64,000 nucleotides of DNA from Roseovarius sp. (GTDB taxonomy: Bacteria > Pseudomonadota > Alphaproteobacteria > Rhodobacterales > Rhodobacteraceae): the NCBI GenBank assembly GCA_963691795.1, contig OY829373.1:3216810-3280809 (forward strand). Reading direction: 5' to 3'. Positions 28,829 through 39,504 of this stretch are shown piece after piece. The position numbers and the translations under genes were made by a program. How positions within the stretch are numbered: position 1 is the first letter of the stretch; each line of letters begins with the position of its first letter. The notes beneath the pieces are model-generated. The model was not told the origin of the DNA and did no database searches. It saw nothing but the letters and a program-made list of their open reading frames with translations.

Positions 28829-30664
28829 ATGACCAAAAAATCCAATCCTGTCATGTGGGTCCTGATGGGCCTTCTGATCGTCGCGCTCGGCGGGTTCGGA
28901 GCTACCAATCTTGGTGGCTCGATTCGCTCTATCGGATCGGTTGGCGATGTGGAGATCGGCGTGCAGCAATACGCCAACGGCCTGCAGCGCGAGATGCAGG
29001 CAATCCAAGCCCAGACAGGCAGCGCAATGAGCTTTACGCAAGCCCAAGACCTGGGTGTCAGCGATCGGGTTCTGGCACAGCTTGTCGCACAGGCCGCTTT
29101 TGACGCCGAAGCCGAAGAAATGAACCTGTCCATCGGAGACGAAAATCTGCGCAACGAAATCCTCGCCATGCCACAGTTTCAGGGGCTTGACGGAAATTTT
29201 GACCGGGATGCCTATAGTTTTGGCCTCGATAACGCAGGCCTGACCGAGAGCCAGTTCGAGGCCAGCGTCCGCGCAGAAAGCGCGCGCAACCTACTGGAGG
29301 CCTCCATCATCGCGGGGATCGTCGCGCCCAAGGCCTATTCGCAGTCACTGGCCACGTATCTCGGTGAACGCCGCGACGTGTCGTGGTCCCTGCTGGACCG
29401 CTCTGACATCACCACGGGTCTGCCTGTTGCCGATGACGCAACCCTGCAACAATTTCATAGCGACAATGAGGCGTTGTTCACGACACCCGAGGCCAAGCGC
29501 ATCACCTATGCGTGGGTGACACCGGAAATGATCATCGACACCGTCGAGGTGGATGAAGATACTCTGCGTGCCGCCTATGATGACGCCTATGACCAGTTCA
29601 ACCAACCCGAACGCCGCCTACTGGAACGTCTGGTCTTTGGGTCCAAGGCCGATCTTGAAACTGCCAAAGCTCGGATCGAAAGCGAAGAGGCCACGTTCGA
29701 AGATATCGTGGCTGAACGGGGTCTGGAACTGGTCGATGTCGATATGGGCGATCTGGACCGGGAAGCTTTAGGAGATATTGCCGATCCAATCTTTAACGCT
29801 GGCGTAGGTGATGTGATCGGCCCGCTCGAAACATCGTTGGGCCCAGCCATGTTCCGCGTCAACGCGATCTTATCTGCACAGACCACCAGCTTCGACGATG
29901 CCCGTCCTATGTTGCGCGAAGAATTCGCCTCCGACCGCGCACGGCGCGTAGTTGACCAGATGATCGACACTGTCGATGATCTGCTCGTGGGTGGTGCGTC
30001 AGTCGAAGATGTGACCGAGGAAACGGAACTGGAACTGGGAAGTATTGATTGGCATGGCGGCGTCAGCGATGGTATCGCAGGGTACGAAGCATTCCGCCGC
30101 GCCGCCGCTGCGGTAACGGAAAGCGACTATCCTGAAGTGGTAGAACTGGACGATGGTGGCATCTTCGCCCTCCAGTTGGACGAGGTGATCCCCCCTGCTC
30201 TGCAACCCTTTGAAGAAGTGCGTGACGCGGTCGAGGCGGCATGGACCGCAGACACTGTAGTTCAGGCGCTTGAAGAATTGGCAGAGCCGCTCGCTAAAAG
30301 GCTCAGCAACGGCGAAAGCTTTGAAGACGTGGGCCTCTCCATCGACGGCGCTCAGGCCATGACGCGCAGGACGCTAGATGCTGAAACCCCTGCCGAGTTT
30401 GTCCAGATCGTCTTCGAGATGGAAGCAGGCGAGGCGCGGGTGATCGAGGGGGATGGGCGGATCTATGTCCTAAAACTCGACGAGATTAGCCCGCCAGACG
30501 CTGATGACGAAGATCTGCAAAGCCTGCGCTCTTTCCTTGAAAACCAGGCAGCATCGGGCATTTCGCAGGATCTCTTCAACATCGTGGCCGAAGATTTCCG
30601 CGCCCGTGCGGGGGTGGATCTGGACTATACGGCGATCAACGCCGTGCATGCCAATTTCAACTAG
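28829..30664 (+). CDS. PpiD-like periplasmic chaperone / peptidyl-prolyl isomerase
   Basis: An N-terminal TM anchor (VMWVLMGLLIVALGGFG) is followed by SurA-N-like and parvulin-like regions. About 610 aa. Confidence 0.75.
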   Translation: MTKKSNPVMWVLMGLLIVALGGFGATNLGGSIRSIGSVGDVEIGVQQYANGLQREMQAIQAQTGSAMSFTQAQDLGVSDRVLAQLVAQAAFDAEAEEMNLSIGDENLRNEILAMPQFQGLDGNFDRDAYSFGLDNAGLTESQFEASVRAESARNLLEASIIAGIVAPKAYSQSLATYLGERRDVSWSLLDRSDITTGLPVADDATLQQFHSDNEALFTTPEAKRITYAWVTPEMIIDTVEVDEDTLRAAYDDAYDQFNQPERRLLERLVFGSKADLETAKARIESEEATFEDIVAERGLELVDVDMGDLDREALGDIADPIFNAGVGDVIGPLETSLGPAMFRVNAILSAQTTSFDDARPMLREEFASDRARRVVDQMIDTVDDLLVGGASVEDVTEETELELGSIDWHGGVSDGIAGYEAFRRAAAAVTESDYPEVVELDDGGIFALQLDEVIPPALQPFEEVRDAVEAAWTADTVVQALEELAEPLAKRLSNGESFEDVGLSIDGAQAMTRRTLDAETPAEFVQIVFEMEAGEARVIEGDGRIYVLKLDEISPPDADDEDLQSLRSFLENQAASGISQDLFNIVAEDFRARAGVDLDYTAINAVHANFN

Positions 30665-30676
30665 GGAGCCACACGG

Positions 30677-32188
30677 TTGGAGCTGACCCCTTCCTTTGAA
30701 GACTTCGCCAAGGCCTATGAAGCCGGCGAGAACCAGGTGGTCTATGCCCGTCTGGCCGCTGACCTCGATACGCCTGTTTCCCTGATGCTCAAGTTGACCG
30801 GCGCGGCGCGCGATGCGTTTGTACTTGAATCTGTTACAGGCGGAGAAGTGCGCGGGCGCTATTCAATCATTGGAATGAAACCTGACCTGATCTGGCAGTG
30901 CCATGGTGAACAGGCCCGTATCAACCGTCAGGCCCGTTTTGATGGCGACGCCTATGAGGATGACGCAGCAGACCCGCTGACATCTTTGCGCGCTCTCATC
31001 GCGGAAAGCCGGATTGATCTGCCCGATGATCTGCCTGCGGCCAGTGCAGGGCTTTTTGGCTATCTGGGTTATGACATGATCCGACTGGTCGAACATCTGC
31101 CAGATGTGAACCCCGATCCCCTGGGCCTGCCCGACGCGGTGATGCTGCGGCCCTCCGTGGTGGCCGTGCTGGACGGGGTGAAGGGAGACGTGGCCGTAGT
31201 ATCACCGGCCTGGACCACCTCAGGCCTATCAGCGCGCGCGGCTTATGCACAGGCGGCGGAACGGGTGATGGACGGGGTGCGCGATCTGGAAAGGGCCTTA
31301 CCACGAACTTCGCGCAACCTTGGCGATGCGCATGAATATGCCGCGCCGGTGTCGAATTTCAGCCATGAAGGCTACAAGGCAGCGGTGGAAAAAGCCAAGG
31401 AATACATTAAGGCAGGCGACATTTTTCAAGTGGTTCCCTCGCAACGCTGGACCCAAGATTTCCGCCAGCCGCCTTTCGCACTCTACCGGTCTCTGCGGCG
31501 CACGAACCCCTCGCCCTTCATGTTCTATTTCAACTTTGGAAGCTTCCAAGTTGTGGGCGCCAGTCCGGAAATCCTGGTCCGCGTCTTTGACAATGAGGTC
31601 ACGATCCGCCCGATTGCCGGTACCCGCCCGCGCGGGGCAACGCCGGAAGAGGACCGCGCCCACGAGGCCGATCTGCTGGCCGACACCAAGGAACTTGCCG
31701 AGCATCTGATGCTGCTTGATTTGGGCCGCAACGATGTAGGCCGCGTGGCCAGGATCGGTACGGTGCGCCCGACCGAGGAGTTTATAATCGAACGGTACAG
31801 CCACGTGATGCATATCGTTTCCAACGTCGTGGGTGAATTGGCCGGGGACCAGGATGCCTTGTCGGCCCTCTTGGCAGGCCTGCCGGCTGGAACGGTATCG
31901 GGTGCCCCAAAGGTCCGCGCGATGGAAATCATAGATGAGCTGGAGCCAGAAAAGCGCGGCGTCTATGGCGGCGGCGTAGGGTATTTCAGCTCGGGCGGGG
32001 ATATGGACATCTGCATCGCCCTGCGCACAGCGGTGGTCAAGGACGAAAAGCTGTACATTCAGGCCGGGGGCGGTGTCGTCTATGACAGTGACCCGGAGGC
32101 GGAATATATGGAAACGGTCCACAAATCCAACGCCATTCGCCGCGCGGCGGCAGATGCGGCGCGTTTCGATAGCGGAAGTAACGATTGA
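30677..32188 (+). CDS. trpE: anthranilate synthase component I
   Basis: LLDLGRNDVGRV, GAPKVRAMEIIDELE, GGAVGYF-like GGGVGYFS. TTG start after GGGAG. Confidence 0.95.
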   Translation: MELTPSFEDFAKAYEAGENQVVYARLAADLDTPVSLMLKLTGAARDAFVLESVTGGEVRGRYSIIGMKPDLIWQCHGEQARINRQARFDGDAYEDDAADPLTSLRALIAESRIDLPDDLPAASAGLFGYLGYDMIRLVEHLPDVNPDPLGLPDAVMLRPSVVAVLDGVKGDVAVVSPAWTTSGLSARAAYAQAAERVMDGVRDLERALPRTSRNLGDAHEYAAPVSNFSHEGYKAAVEKAKEYIKAGDIFQVVPSQRWTQDFRQPPFALYRSLRRTNPSPFMFYFNFGSFQVVGASPEILVRVFDNEVTIRPIAGTRPRGATPEEDRAHEADLLADTKELAEHLMLLDLGRNDVGRVARIGTVRPTEEFIIERYSHVMHIVSNVVGELAGDQDALSALLAGLPAGTVSGAPKVRAMEIIDELEPEKRGVYGGGVGYFSSGGDMDICIALRTAVVKDEKLYIQAGGGVVYDSDPEAEYMETVHKSNAIRRAAADAARFDSGSND

Positions 32189-32194
32189 CCCCCA

Positions 32195-32385
32195 AGGGCG
32201 CGCGTTTGACAGGGCCTTGACCGGTGACCCGTTGATTTGGCAGCAGCACTTTATGGCTGAGGCCCAACAAAAGAATGCCGCTGAAATCTTCTGAAGATGT
32301 CACACGGACTAAGCGCTCCATGAAAATCGGCCTTGGGCATGACCCTTCGGCCTTGCCTTAGTCTGCGAGAGCGCAGGGCTCAAAC
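32195..32385. repeat. repeat family A, partial or diverged copy 3
   Basis: GCGCGTTTGACAGGGCC and GCAGCAGCACTTTATGG align with the cores of copies 1 and 2. The later GAGCGCAGGGCT matches GAGCGCAGCGCT in copy 2. No right-hand inverted repeat was found. Confidence 0.5.
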
Positions 32386-32426
32386 CTTAACTTAGTAGAT
32401 CCCCAGACAAACCCGCTTTCTGCCAT

Positions 32427-33452
32427 TCACGTCTTGCCTGTGCCCGCCCCCCCGGTCCGGATTTGCGCCACACGTGGCTCTACGATCTGTACTTCGTCTG
32501 CTTGCGCCTTGACCCCAAGGTCAAACCCAGTGCGCATAATCCGCTGTATCACACGGTCAACAAGGCCCTCATCCTGGGCATTGAACATCTTGCGTTGCAA
32601 AAACCAGTAGAGGAACCGGTCATAGTCGAACGTGACCTCCCGCACCTTTTTAAATGCCTCCGCCGCCTCCGGGGCTGTCTCTACGCTCCACGCGCATGCG
32701 GCGAAATCCGCACGGCCAAAGAGGATGGCGGGCACATGATGAAAAAGCCCTTCGAAAGACGCGCCTGAACATATTGAAACCGAACAATAAGCCCCCTCTA
32801 AAAGGTCATGGACATTGGCCTCGACAAGCCGCACGCCCGGCACGGTGCGGGCTAGCGCCTCCGCTTGAGCGGCAGCGATGGTGTCTGAAAATTTCGGATG
32901 CACCTTTATCAGAACCTCGCGTCCCTGCCGGTGCGCCATAACCTGATCAAGCATTTCTGTTTCCATCATGTAGAGGCTGCGCAGTACCGGGTCCGACATG
33001 CCTTGCAGAAAGACCACGATATGTTCTTCTGCCAGCGCGCCCTGCCGGGGGGGCTGGTCATGCTTGGACTTGCCCTTTGCGATCAGCCGCCCCCCCAAAC
33101 GCTCCACGAAGCTGCGCGCGCGGGCCTCAGGGATCTGGCTCAGATCCGGGTGCGCGCGGCCAAGAGAGCTGTCGCACAGCACGCCGCGTTGATCGAGATA
33201 CCAATAGGGCCACAGATAGGCGATCCCGGTGTTGAGCAGATTGAACCGGCGTAAGAAACCGTGATGGACCAGATGGAAATCGCTTTTCGTATAGTGGCTC
33301 AGGTCCGTTGTCGCGGGGCGTTCCACGAAGCGCACAAGTATGCCTCGTGCGCGCAATCCGGGCGCCAGCGTGGCATAGAGGCCAAACCCCTCCTGCCCAT
33401 AGCGGGCCAGCATGTCGCGGGGAACATGGATCACGATGGCTGGCGACGTCAT
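32427..33452 (-). CDS. hypothetical protein, possibly capsule-synthesis (KpsS/KpsC-like) glycosyltransferase fold
   Basis: Clear coding ORF. VVFLQGMSDPVL, IKVHPK and SICSGASFEGLFHHVPAILFG loosely resemble the Capsule_synth pattern, but the assignment is tentative. Confidence 0.45.
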   Translation of the reverse strand: MTSPAIVIHVPRDMLARYGQEGFGLYATLAPGLRARGILVRFVERPATTDLSHYTKSDFHLVHHGFLRRFNLLNTGIAYLWPYWYLDQRGVLCDSSLGRAHPDLSQIPEARARSFVERLGGRLIAKGKSKHDQPPRQGALAEEHIVVFLQGMSDPVLRSLYMMETEMLDQVMAHRQGREVLIKVHPKFSDTIAAAQAEALARTVPGVRLVEANVHDLLEGAYCSVSICSGASFEGLFHHVPAILFGRADFAACAWSVETAPEAAEAFKKVREVTFDYDRFLYWFLQRKMFNAQDEGLVDRVIQRIMRTGFDLGVKAQADEVQIVEPRVAQIRTGGAGTGKT

Positions 33453-33461
33453 CCTACCCCC

Positions 33462-34277
33462 CTACCAGCGACGCACGGTCCAGGACCATTGCACGGGGTC
33501 GTCGCGGATTACCTCGGTCATCCGATCGTTAAAGGCCCGCATCATTCCCCGCGTACTGCCCCTATGCGGGATCGGCGTATCCAGCACAGCCCGAAACCGC
33601 AGTCCTTTGCCCTGGCGCAGGACGAAACAGGGGATCAGCAGCGCGCCACTGGTCCGGGCCAATTTGGCCGGGGTTAACGAGGTGGGTGCGCGTTTGCCCA
33701 GAAAGCGGATCTTTTCACCGCCCCGATCACGGTGGTCCCCCAGCATAACAGCAACATGACCTTCGCCCAAAAAACCCATAAAGTCCTTCAATTTTCCCTG
33801 GAATCCCGTCTGGCTACGATGGCTAATCTTGAAGCCCTGCTGCCCGGTCAGGCGCAGCATGCTATCAAAACGATCATCCAGCAGCATGTTGCCCCGCGTC
33901 CGATAAAGAAAGCCTGCATCAATGCCCATCTGTTTTAGGAAATGCAGCCCAAGCGCATAGTTCCCTATATGCCCTGTGAGCAGCAGGACAGGATGGCGGT
34001 TGGCCACGGCTTCCAAGAACGCCTCCCGTCCCGGCCCGGTGATCTCGGGCGCGGGGCACTGCTTGAGAAGCAACTCAAAATTCAGCATCTCTCCCATGAA
34101 GCGACCCTGGGCGGCTTTGATTCGTCGCTCTAAAAAGAGGCGGCGCAGGGGTGACATGTCAGGAAAGGCAGTTGCCAGGTTGGCACGGATGGTATCGCGC
34201 TGACCCGAAAGCCGCGCAAAAAGGGCGCGGTACCAAAACCCTACCCACGCCCGCCGCATGTAGAACCCCAAAAACAC
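33462..34277 (-). CDS. LpxL/HtrB-family lysophospholipid (lipid A late) acyltransferase
   Basis: N-terminal TM and the catalytic-region motif LLTGHIGNY (HxxxxD/N-type), with family-typical length. Confidence 0.8.
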   Translation of the reverse strand: MFLGFYMRRAWVGFWYRALFARLSGQRDTIRANLATAFPDMSPLRRLFLERRIKAAQGRFMGEMLNFELLLKQCPAPEITGPGREAFLEAVANRHPVLLLTGHIGNYALGLHFLKQMGIDAGFLYRTRGNMLLDDRFDSMLRLTGQQGFKISHRSQTGFQGKLKDFMGFLGEGHVAVMLGDHRDRGGEKIRFLGKRAPTSLTPAKLARTSGALLIPCFVLRQGKGLRFRAVLDTPIPHRGSTRGMMRAFNDRMTEVIRDDPVQWSWTVRRW

Positions 34278-34375
34278 CGCCCAGCCCCTTGCCTTGATGA
34301 TTGGGACCAGAATGCGCTGAATTCGGGCGCAAAAGAAGGCTTTAATTTTACATGCACCACGCTTAATCCAACCAC

Positions 34376-34939
34376 ATGATGCAGGTGATCTTGTTCAACA
34401 AACCCTTCGGCGTGCTGCCGCAATTCACCGACAAGGGCACACAAGGCAGCCCGAGGCCCACGCTGTCGGATTATATCGACATCCCCAAGGTATACCCCGC
34501 AGGGCGGCTTGACCGCGACAGCGAGGGATTAATGGTGCTTACGGATAACGGCCGGTTGCAGTCACAGATCTCGAATCCCCGGTTCAAAACTGAAAAGACC
34601 TACCTTGTGCAAGTCGAAGGAGAACCGGACGAGATCGCCCTGAAGGCCCTTCAAAGCGGAGTGGACCTGAAAGACGGCATGACGCGGCCCGCAGGTGCAA
34701 AGCGGATCGATCCACCAAAGATCTGGGACCGTGACCCCCCGATCCGGGAGCGCAAGACTGTGCCTGATTGCTGGCTTGAACTGACCCTGCGCGAGGGGCG
34801 AAACCGGCAGGTCCGTCGTATGACGGCCCATGTTGGCCACCCAACGCTGCGGTTGATCCGCTGGCAGATTGGGAAATGGTCACTGGAAGGGCTCTCTCCG
34901 GGCGAATGGCGCGCCTCGGATATCAAGCACGTGTTTTGA
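34376..34939 (+). CDS. rluE: RsuA/RluE-family pseudouridine synthase
   Basis: ILFNKPFGV, catalytic motif [11 protein letters not shown], and [11 protein letters not shown]. Confidence 0.85.
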   Translation: MMQVILFNKPFGVLPQFTDKGTQGSPRPTLSDYIDIPKVYPAGRLDRDSEGLMVLTDNGRLQSQISNPRFKTEKTYLVQVEGEPDEIALKALQSGVDLKDGMTRPAGAKRIDPPKIWDRDPPIRERKTVPDCWLELTLREGRNRQVRRMTAHVGHPTLRLIRWQIGKWSLEGLSPGEWRASDIKHVF

Positions 34940-35102
34940 ACGTCACGGCACACGCGCCGCGCCGCAATCGGGGTCTTGCACTTAATGGGCGAAAGGCTTT
35001 GAACCAACTTGGTCAGGCGCAAATTCTTGGGAAAAAAGTACGAAGAAATTTATTGATAACTTAGTGTTTTACGCAGAAACATAAGCTAAAATTGATCCTT
35101 AA

Positions 35103-36491
35103 TTACTCAGCCAGCTGCGTCTTCAGCAAGGCCGACACGGGTGCAATCGCCACGCTGCGCGCGCGGTCTTGCAGGCCCCAAAGCAGCAAAGCACTCACCG
35201 TTTCAGCACGCAGGCGCCCCACGATGATCACGCCGCCCTCTTCCTGACCGGCGCGAAACGCGGCTTGGTCAAGAAAGCGGCGAATGACTGTTGCGCTCTG
35301 ATCTTTGCTATCTACGTCACGGAACACCGAAAGCGCCGGAACGCCCTCGCGCGAAATCAGCTTTTGCGCCGTGTCGAACCCTTCTGAAAACAGCACAAGA
35401 CCATGGCCGCTTTCTTTTAGGATGGGGATCAGTTGCTCACTCGCCTCCCGGCTGCCCTGCACACCAGAGCCCACGCCTTCCATCACGGCCACCGCTTCCG
35501 GTACGGCATTCACATAGGTCTGCATCGCCACCTCGGTGTCAGCCGCGCTGGCGCCTTCAGGCAGGTTGACCATCGCCAGTACTTCAAGCCCCGCCTTTCG
35601 GTACTTGCGCGCGGCCTCAGCCGCGCCAGGCCAGTCGGCATCGATGGCATAGCTGATCGCATAGGGAAACTCTGCCAGCGCATCATATCCGATCGGGCTA
35701 TCGCCGCTGTCGATAAGGACAAAGGACAAGAGCGGCTTGCCCTCAAGGTTCTCGAACGGAACGGCAAACCGGGTGAGCGGTGTCTGCAGGCCGCCATCCG
35801 CCAACGTTTGCGGATTGGTCGCGACGGTGTTCACCTCGACCCCTTCATCTTCTGTTACCGAGGGCAAACGCCCAGTGGTTACCCCTTCTGCCATGTTGCC
35901 TATTGTGCCAGAGGTTTCTGCTGTGGCGTCCTGTTCAGGCTCCTGCGGAAGAGGGGTGGGTTCGGCCATGTCAGCGTTGGCATCCGCTTCGGCTTCCTTC
36001 TCGAACGCGCCGCTTTGGTCTTCGATCTCGGGTTGAACGGGCTGGGCGGGCTCGGTCGAAATCGACAGATCCTCTTCCCCGTCTGGGGCCTGCGGGGCCA
36101 GGGCTTGCGGGCTGGGCAGAACGGGATCATCGGTATCAAGGTCAAAGCCCGAGCTGTTCGCCCCAGCATCGGGCGCACTCAGACCGCTCTCAGCAAAGCC
36201 CATACTGGGCTGAGAGGCCGGTGTAGTATCGGCATCCTCAAGCGACGCTAGGTCATCTGGTTCAGGCGCGGCAACCTGCGCGCCCGCAGATGCATCGGGC
36301 GTGTCATCCGACCCGGGAAGGCTGGCCTGCGTATCGTCGCGCGTTTGCCGGAATTCAGACCCGGCGGGAACGTCGACAGTCCCTGCCTCGGGCGGGCCGC
36401 CCGTATCGTAAGTCATCAATGATGCCCCACCCAAAACAACGGCCGAAAGAAGACCGCCAGTCAAAAATCCACCAAGAATGCCTGATTTCAC
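35103..36491 (-). CDS. divergent polysaccharide deacetylase (YibQ-like) with TM anchor and acidic disordered linker
   Basis: The C-terminal 250 aa are YibQ-like (FVLIDSGD...AISYAID...VAVMEGVGSG...GLVLFSEG). GTG 36491 after AGGGGG is preferred because the ORF-track start at 36614 would abut trpG. Confidence 0.78.
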   Translation of the reverse strand: MKSGILGGFLTGGLLSAVVLGGASLMTYDTGGPPEAGTVDVPAGSEFRQTRDDTQASLPGSDDTPDASAGAQVAAPEPDDLASLEDADTTPASQPSMGFAESGLSAPDAGANSSGFDLDTDDPVLPSPQALAPQAPDGEEDLSISTEPAQPVQPEIEDQSGAFEKEAEADANADMAEPTPLPQEPEQDATAETSGTIGNMAEGVTTGRLPSVTEDEGVEVNTVATNPQTLADGGLQTPLTRFAVPFENLEGKPLLSFVLIDSGDSPIGYDALAEFPYAISYAIDADWPGAAEAARKYRKAGLEVLAMVNLPEGASAADTEVAMQTYVNAVPEAVAVMEGVGSGVQGSREASEQLIPILKESGHGLVLFSEGFDTAQKLISREGVPALSVFRDVDSKDQSATVIRRFLDQAAFRAGQEEGGVIIVGRLRAETVSALLLWGLQDRARSVAIAPVSALLKTQLAE

Positions 36492-36615
36492 GGGATAAAC
36501 CCCCTGTTTTGCTCGCCCGGGCAGTAATGCGCCTCTTGACGCTGCCTTGCAACCCAGAGCAAGTATACCGCGACACGTGACCACGGCCAAAGGCCAATGC
36601 AAACGGACCTGCAAA

Positions 36616-37197
36616 ATGCTGCTCTTGATAGATAATTACGACAGCTTCACCTACAACCTTGTCCATTATGTGGGCGAGTTAGGGGCGGAAGTGGTCGTGC
36701 ACCGCAATGATGCCTTAAATGTACAGGAGGCAATGGCGCTGAAACCCGCAGGCATCCTTTTGTCGCCTGGGCCGTGTGATCCCGATCAGGCAGGCATCTG
36801 TCTTGCGATTACGCAGGCCGCGGCCGAAACGCGCACGCCGCTCATGGGTGTCTGTCTGGGCCATCAGACCATTGGTCAGGCCTTTGGCGGTAAGGTAGTG
36901 CGGCATTCCGAGATCGTGCATGGCAAGATGGGCCAGATCACCCATGAGGGTGGCGGCGTGTTCAAAGGCCTGCCTTCCCCCTTCGAGGCGACGCGCTATC
37001 ACTCACTGGTGGTGGAACGGGAAAGCTGCCCTGATACGCTTGAAATCACGGCAGCACTCGACGACGGTACCATTATGGGGCTGAGCCATAAAGAACTGCC
37101 AATTCACGGCGTGCAGTTCCACCCCGAATCCATCGCCTCACAGCATGGGCATGCATTGCTGAAAAACTTCATCGATACAATGAAGGTGCCGGCATGA
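36616..37197 (+). CDS. trpG: anthranilate synthase component II (glutamine amidotransferase)
   Basis: [15 protein letters not shown], catalytic GVCLGHQ, and FHPES. Confidence 0.92.
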   Translation: MLLLIDNYDSFTYNLVHYVGELGAEVVVHRNDALNVQEAMALKPAGILLSPGPCDPDQAGICLAITQAAAETRTPLMGVCLGHQTIGQAFGGKVVRHSEIVHGKMGQITHEGGGVFKGLPSPFEATRYHSLVVERESCPDTLEITAALDDGTIMGLSHKELPIHGVQFHPESIASQHGHALLKNFIDTMKVPA

Positions 37198-38213
37198 GCG
37201 ATATCAAACCTCTGATCGGTGCCGCTGCTGACCGGCCCCTGACCCGTGATGAGGCCGAAGCCGCCTTTGCCATCTTGTTCGAGGGAGAGGCAACACCAGC
37301 GCAGATCGGCGGGTTGCTTATGGCCTTGCGCACCCGTGGTGAAACGGTTGACGAATATGCCGCTGCCGCAGCAGTGATGCGTTCAAAATGCAATAAGGTC
37401 AAAGGCTTGCCGGGCGCAATGGATATTGTTGGAACCGGTGGCGACGGCAAGGGTACGCTGAATATCTCGACTGCGACAGCCTTCGTAGTGGCAGGCGCAG
37501 GCGTGCCCGTGGCCAAGCATGGCAATCGCAACCTAAGCTCCAAATCGGGCGCGGCGGATGCACTTGGCCAGATGGGCGTAAATGTCATGGTCGGTCCCGA
37601 TGTGGTGCAGAGGGCACTCGATGAGGTGGGCATCGCCTTCATGATGGCGCCCATGCACCACCCTGCCATGGCCCATGTCGGCCCGGTGCGTGCCGAACTG
37701 GGCACCCGCACCATCTTTAACATCCTCGGACCGCTTACCAACCCCGCCGGAGTAAAACGGCAATTGACCGGCGCCTTCACCCGCGACCTGATCCGCCCCA
37801 TGGCCGAGACACTGGGCCAGCTTGGATCGGAACGCGCCTGGCTGGTGCATGGCTCGGATGGGACAGATGAATTGGCTATCTCCGGCATCAGCTGGGTCGC
37901 CGTACTTGAAGAAAGTGGCGAGGTGGTCGAAAGGGAACTCCACCCTGAAGAAGCGGGCCTGCCTGTGCATCGTTTCGAAGATATCCTAGGCGGCACACCT
38001 GAAGAAAACGCCGTAGCCTTCCACGCTTTGCTTGATAACGCGCCCGGGGCCTATCGCGATGCTGTTTTGCTAAACGCGTCGGCTGCCCTGGTCGTGGCTG
38101 GCAAGGCGGATGATCTGAAATCAGGGGCCGAGATGGCCCGCGAAAGCCTCGATAGTGGGGCCGCGAAGGGCAAGATCAAAGCACTGGCCCGCGTTACATC
38201 GGAGGCCGCATGA
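37194..38213 (+). CDS. trpD: anthranilate phosphoribosyltransferase
   Basis: [29 protein letters not shown] overlap with trpG. Confidence 0.95.
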   Translation: MSDIKPLIGAAADRPLTRDEAEAAFAILFEGEATPAQIGGLLMALRTRGETVDEYAAAAAVMRSKCNKVKGLPGAMDIVGTGGDGKGTLNISTATAFVVAGAGVPVAKHGNRNLSSKSGAADALGQMGVNVMVGPDVVQRALDEVGIAFMMAPMHHPAMAHVGPVRAELGTRTIFNILGPLTNPAGVKRQLTGAFTRDLIRPMAETLGQLGSERAWLVHGSDGTDELAISGISWVAVLEESGEVVERELHPEEAGLPVHRFEDILGGTPEENAVAFHALLDNAPGAYRDAVLLNASAALVVAGKADDLKSGAEMARESLDSGAAKGKIKALARVTSEAA

Positions 38214-39031
38214 GCACACCCACGATCCTTGAGAAAATCAAAGCCTACAAGTTGGAAGAAGTGGCCGCTGCCAAGGTCGCCATTCCGCTGGCTGAGATTG
38301 AAACCCATGCCAAAGAAGCGCCGATAGTGCGGCCCTTTGCCAACGCTCTGGAACAGGCCAGCAAGCAAGGCTTTGGCCTCATTGCCGAAATTAAGAAGGC
38401 CAGCCCTTCAAAGGGCTTGATCCGCGAAGACTTCGATCCCCCTGCGCTAGCCAAGGCCTATGAAGAGGGGGGCGCTGCCTGTCTTTCAGTACTAACCGAT
38501 ACGCCCAGTTTTCAGGGCGCACCAGAGTTTCTAAGGACTGCAAGAGCGGCCTGTAACCTTCCGGCTTTACGCAAGGATTTCATGTATGACACCTACCAAG
38601 TGGCTGAGGCGCGAGCGTGGGGGGCTGACTGTATCCTGATCATCATGGCCTCCGTCTCGGACGCGCAGGCGGCAGAACTTGAGGCGGCCGCATTCGACTG
38701 GGGCATGGACGTTCTGATCGAAGTGCATGATCAGTCCGAACTGGAACGCACAGCGCATCTCAAATCCCGTATGATCGGTATCAACAACCGCAATCTCAAC
38801 ACGTTCGACACCACGCTCGACACCTCGCGCCACCTGTCGCGTCTGGTGCCCGAGGATCGCTTTATCATCTGCGAAAGCGGGCTGTTTTATCCCGAGGATC
38901 TGACAGACATGTCCCGCTACGGTGCGCGCTGTTTCCTGATCGGAGAGTCCCTTATGCGGCAAGAAGATGTGACCGCCGCTACCCGCTCTATCCTGTCAGG
39001 GGCCACCGCCCCGGGGCAAGGCACGCTATGA
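38210..39031 (+). CDS. trpC: indole-3-glycerol phosphate synthase
   Basis: [27 protein letters not shown] overlap with trpD. Confidence 0.95.
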   Translation: MSTPTILEKIKAYKLEEVAAAKVAIPLAEIETHAKEAPIVRPFANALEQASKQGFGLIAEIKKASPSKGLIREDFDPPALAKAYEEGGAACLSVLTDTPSFQGAPEFLRTARAACNLPALRKDFMYDTYQVAEARAWGADCILIIMASVSDAQAAELEAAAFDWGMDVLIEVHDQSELERTAHLKSRMIGINNRNLNTFDTTLDTSRHLSRLVPEDRFIICESGLFYPEDLTDMSRYGARCFLIGESLMRQEDVTAATRSILSGATAPGQGTL

Positions 39032-39504
39032 GCGGCCTGACCCATTTCGACGCGCAAGGTCATGCGCACATGGTGGATGTCTCCGAAAAGGATGTCACTG
39101 ACCGGATCGCGACGGCTGAAGGCCACATCAGCATGGCCCGTGAAACATTTAATATGATTACGGAAGGTCGCGCTAAGAAAGGCGATGTCCTATCGGTTGC
39201 GCGCCTTGCTGGGATCATGGGCGCCAAGAAAACGCCCGAGCTGATCCCGCTATGCCACCCGCTTCCCATTGCCAAGGTTGCGGTGGACCTGGCTGCCGAT
39301 CCTGACTTGCCGGGCATTCGCATCACGGCCACGGTAAAGACCACTGGCCAAACCGGAGTGGAGATGGAAGCGCTGACCGCCGTAAGCACCGCCGCGCTGA
39401 CCGTCTATGATATGGTAAAGGCCGTCGACAAGGCGATGCAGATTGACGGGATCCGCGTCACGCTCAAAGATGGCGGAAAATCAGGCCGGTATGAGGCAAC
39501 ATGA
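39028..39504 (+). CDS. moaC: cyclic pyranopterin monophosphate synthase
   Basis: [18 protein letters not shown]...KKGDVL...LIPLCHPL is typical MoaC. ATGA overlap with trpC. Confidence 0.93.
   Translation: MSGLTHFDAQGHAHMVDVSEKDVTDRIATAEGHISMARETFNMITEGRAKKGDVLSVARLAGIMGAKKTPELIPLCHPLPIAKVAVDLAADPDLPGIRITATVKTTGQTGVEMEALTAVSTAALTVYDMVKAVDKAMQIDGIRVTLKDGGKSGRYEAT

Noticed and set aside
31298-32122. 274-aa minus-strand ORF inside trpE. Similar long antisense ORFs occur at 11344-12168, 12147-12890, 13467-14204, 37169-37996, 42491-43414, 48684-49532, 50647-51429 and 35433-36251.
   Set aside because: Each lies entirely within a confidently identified gene on the other strand and has an Arg/His/Gly-rich composition with no motifs. 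They are high-GC antisense artefacts.
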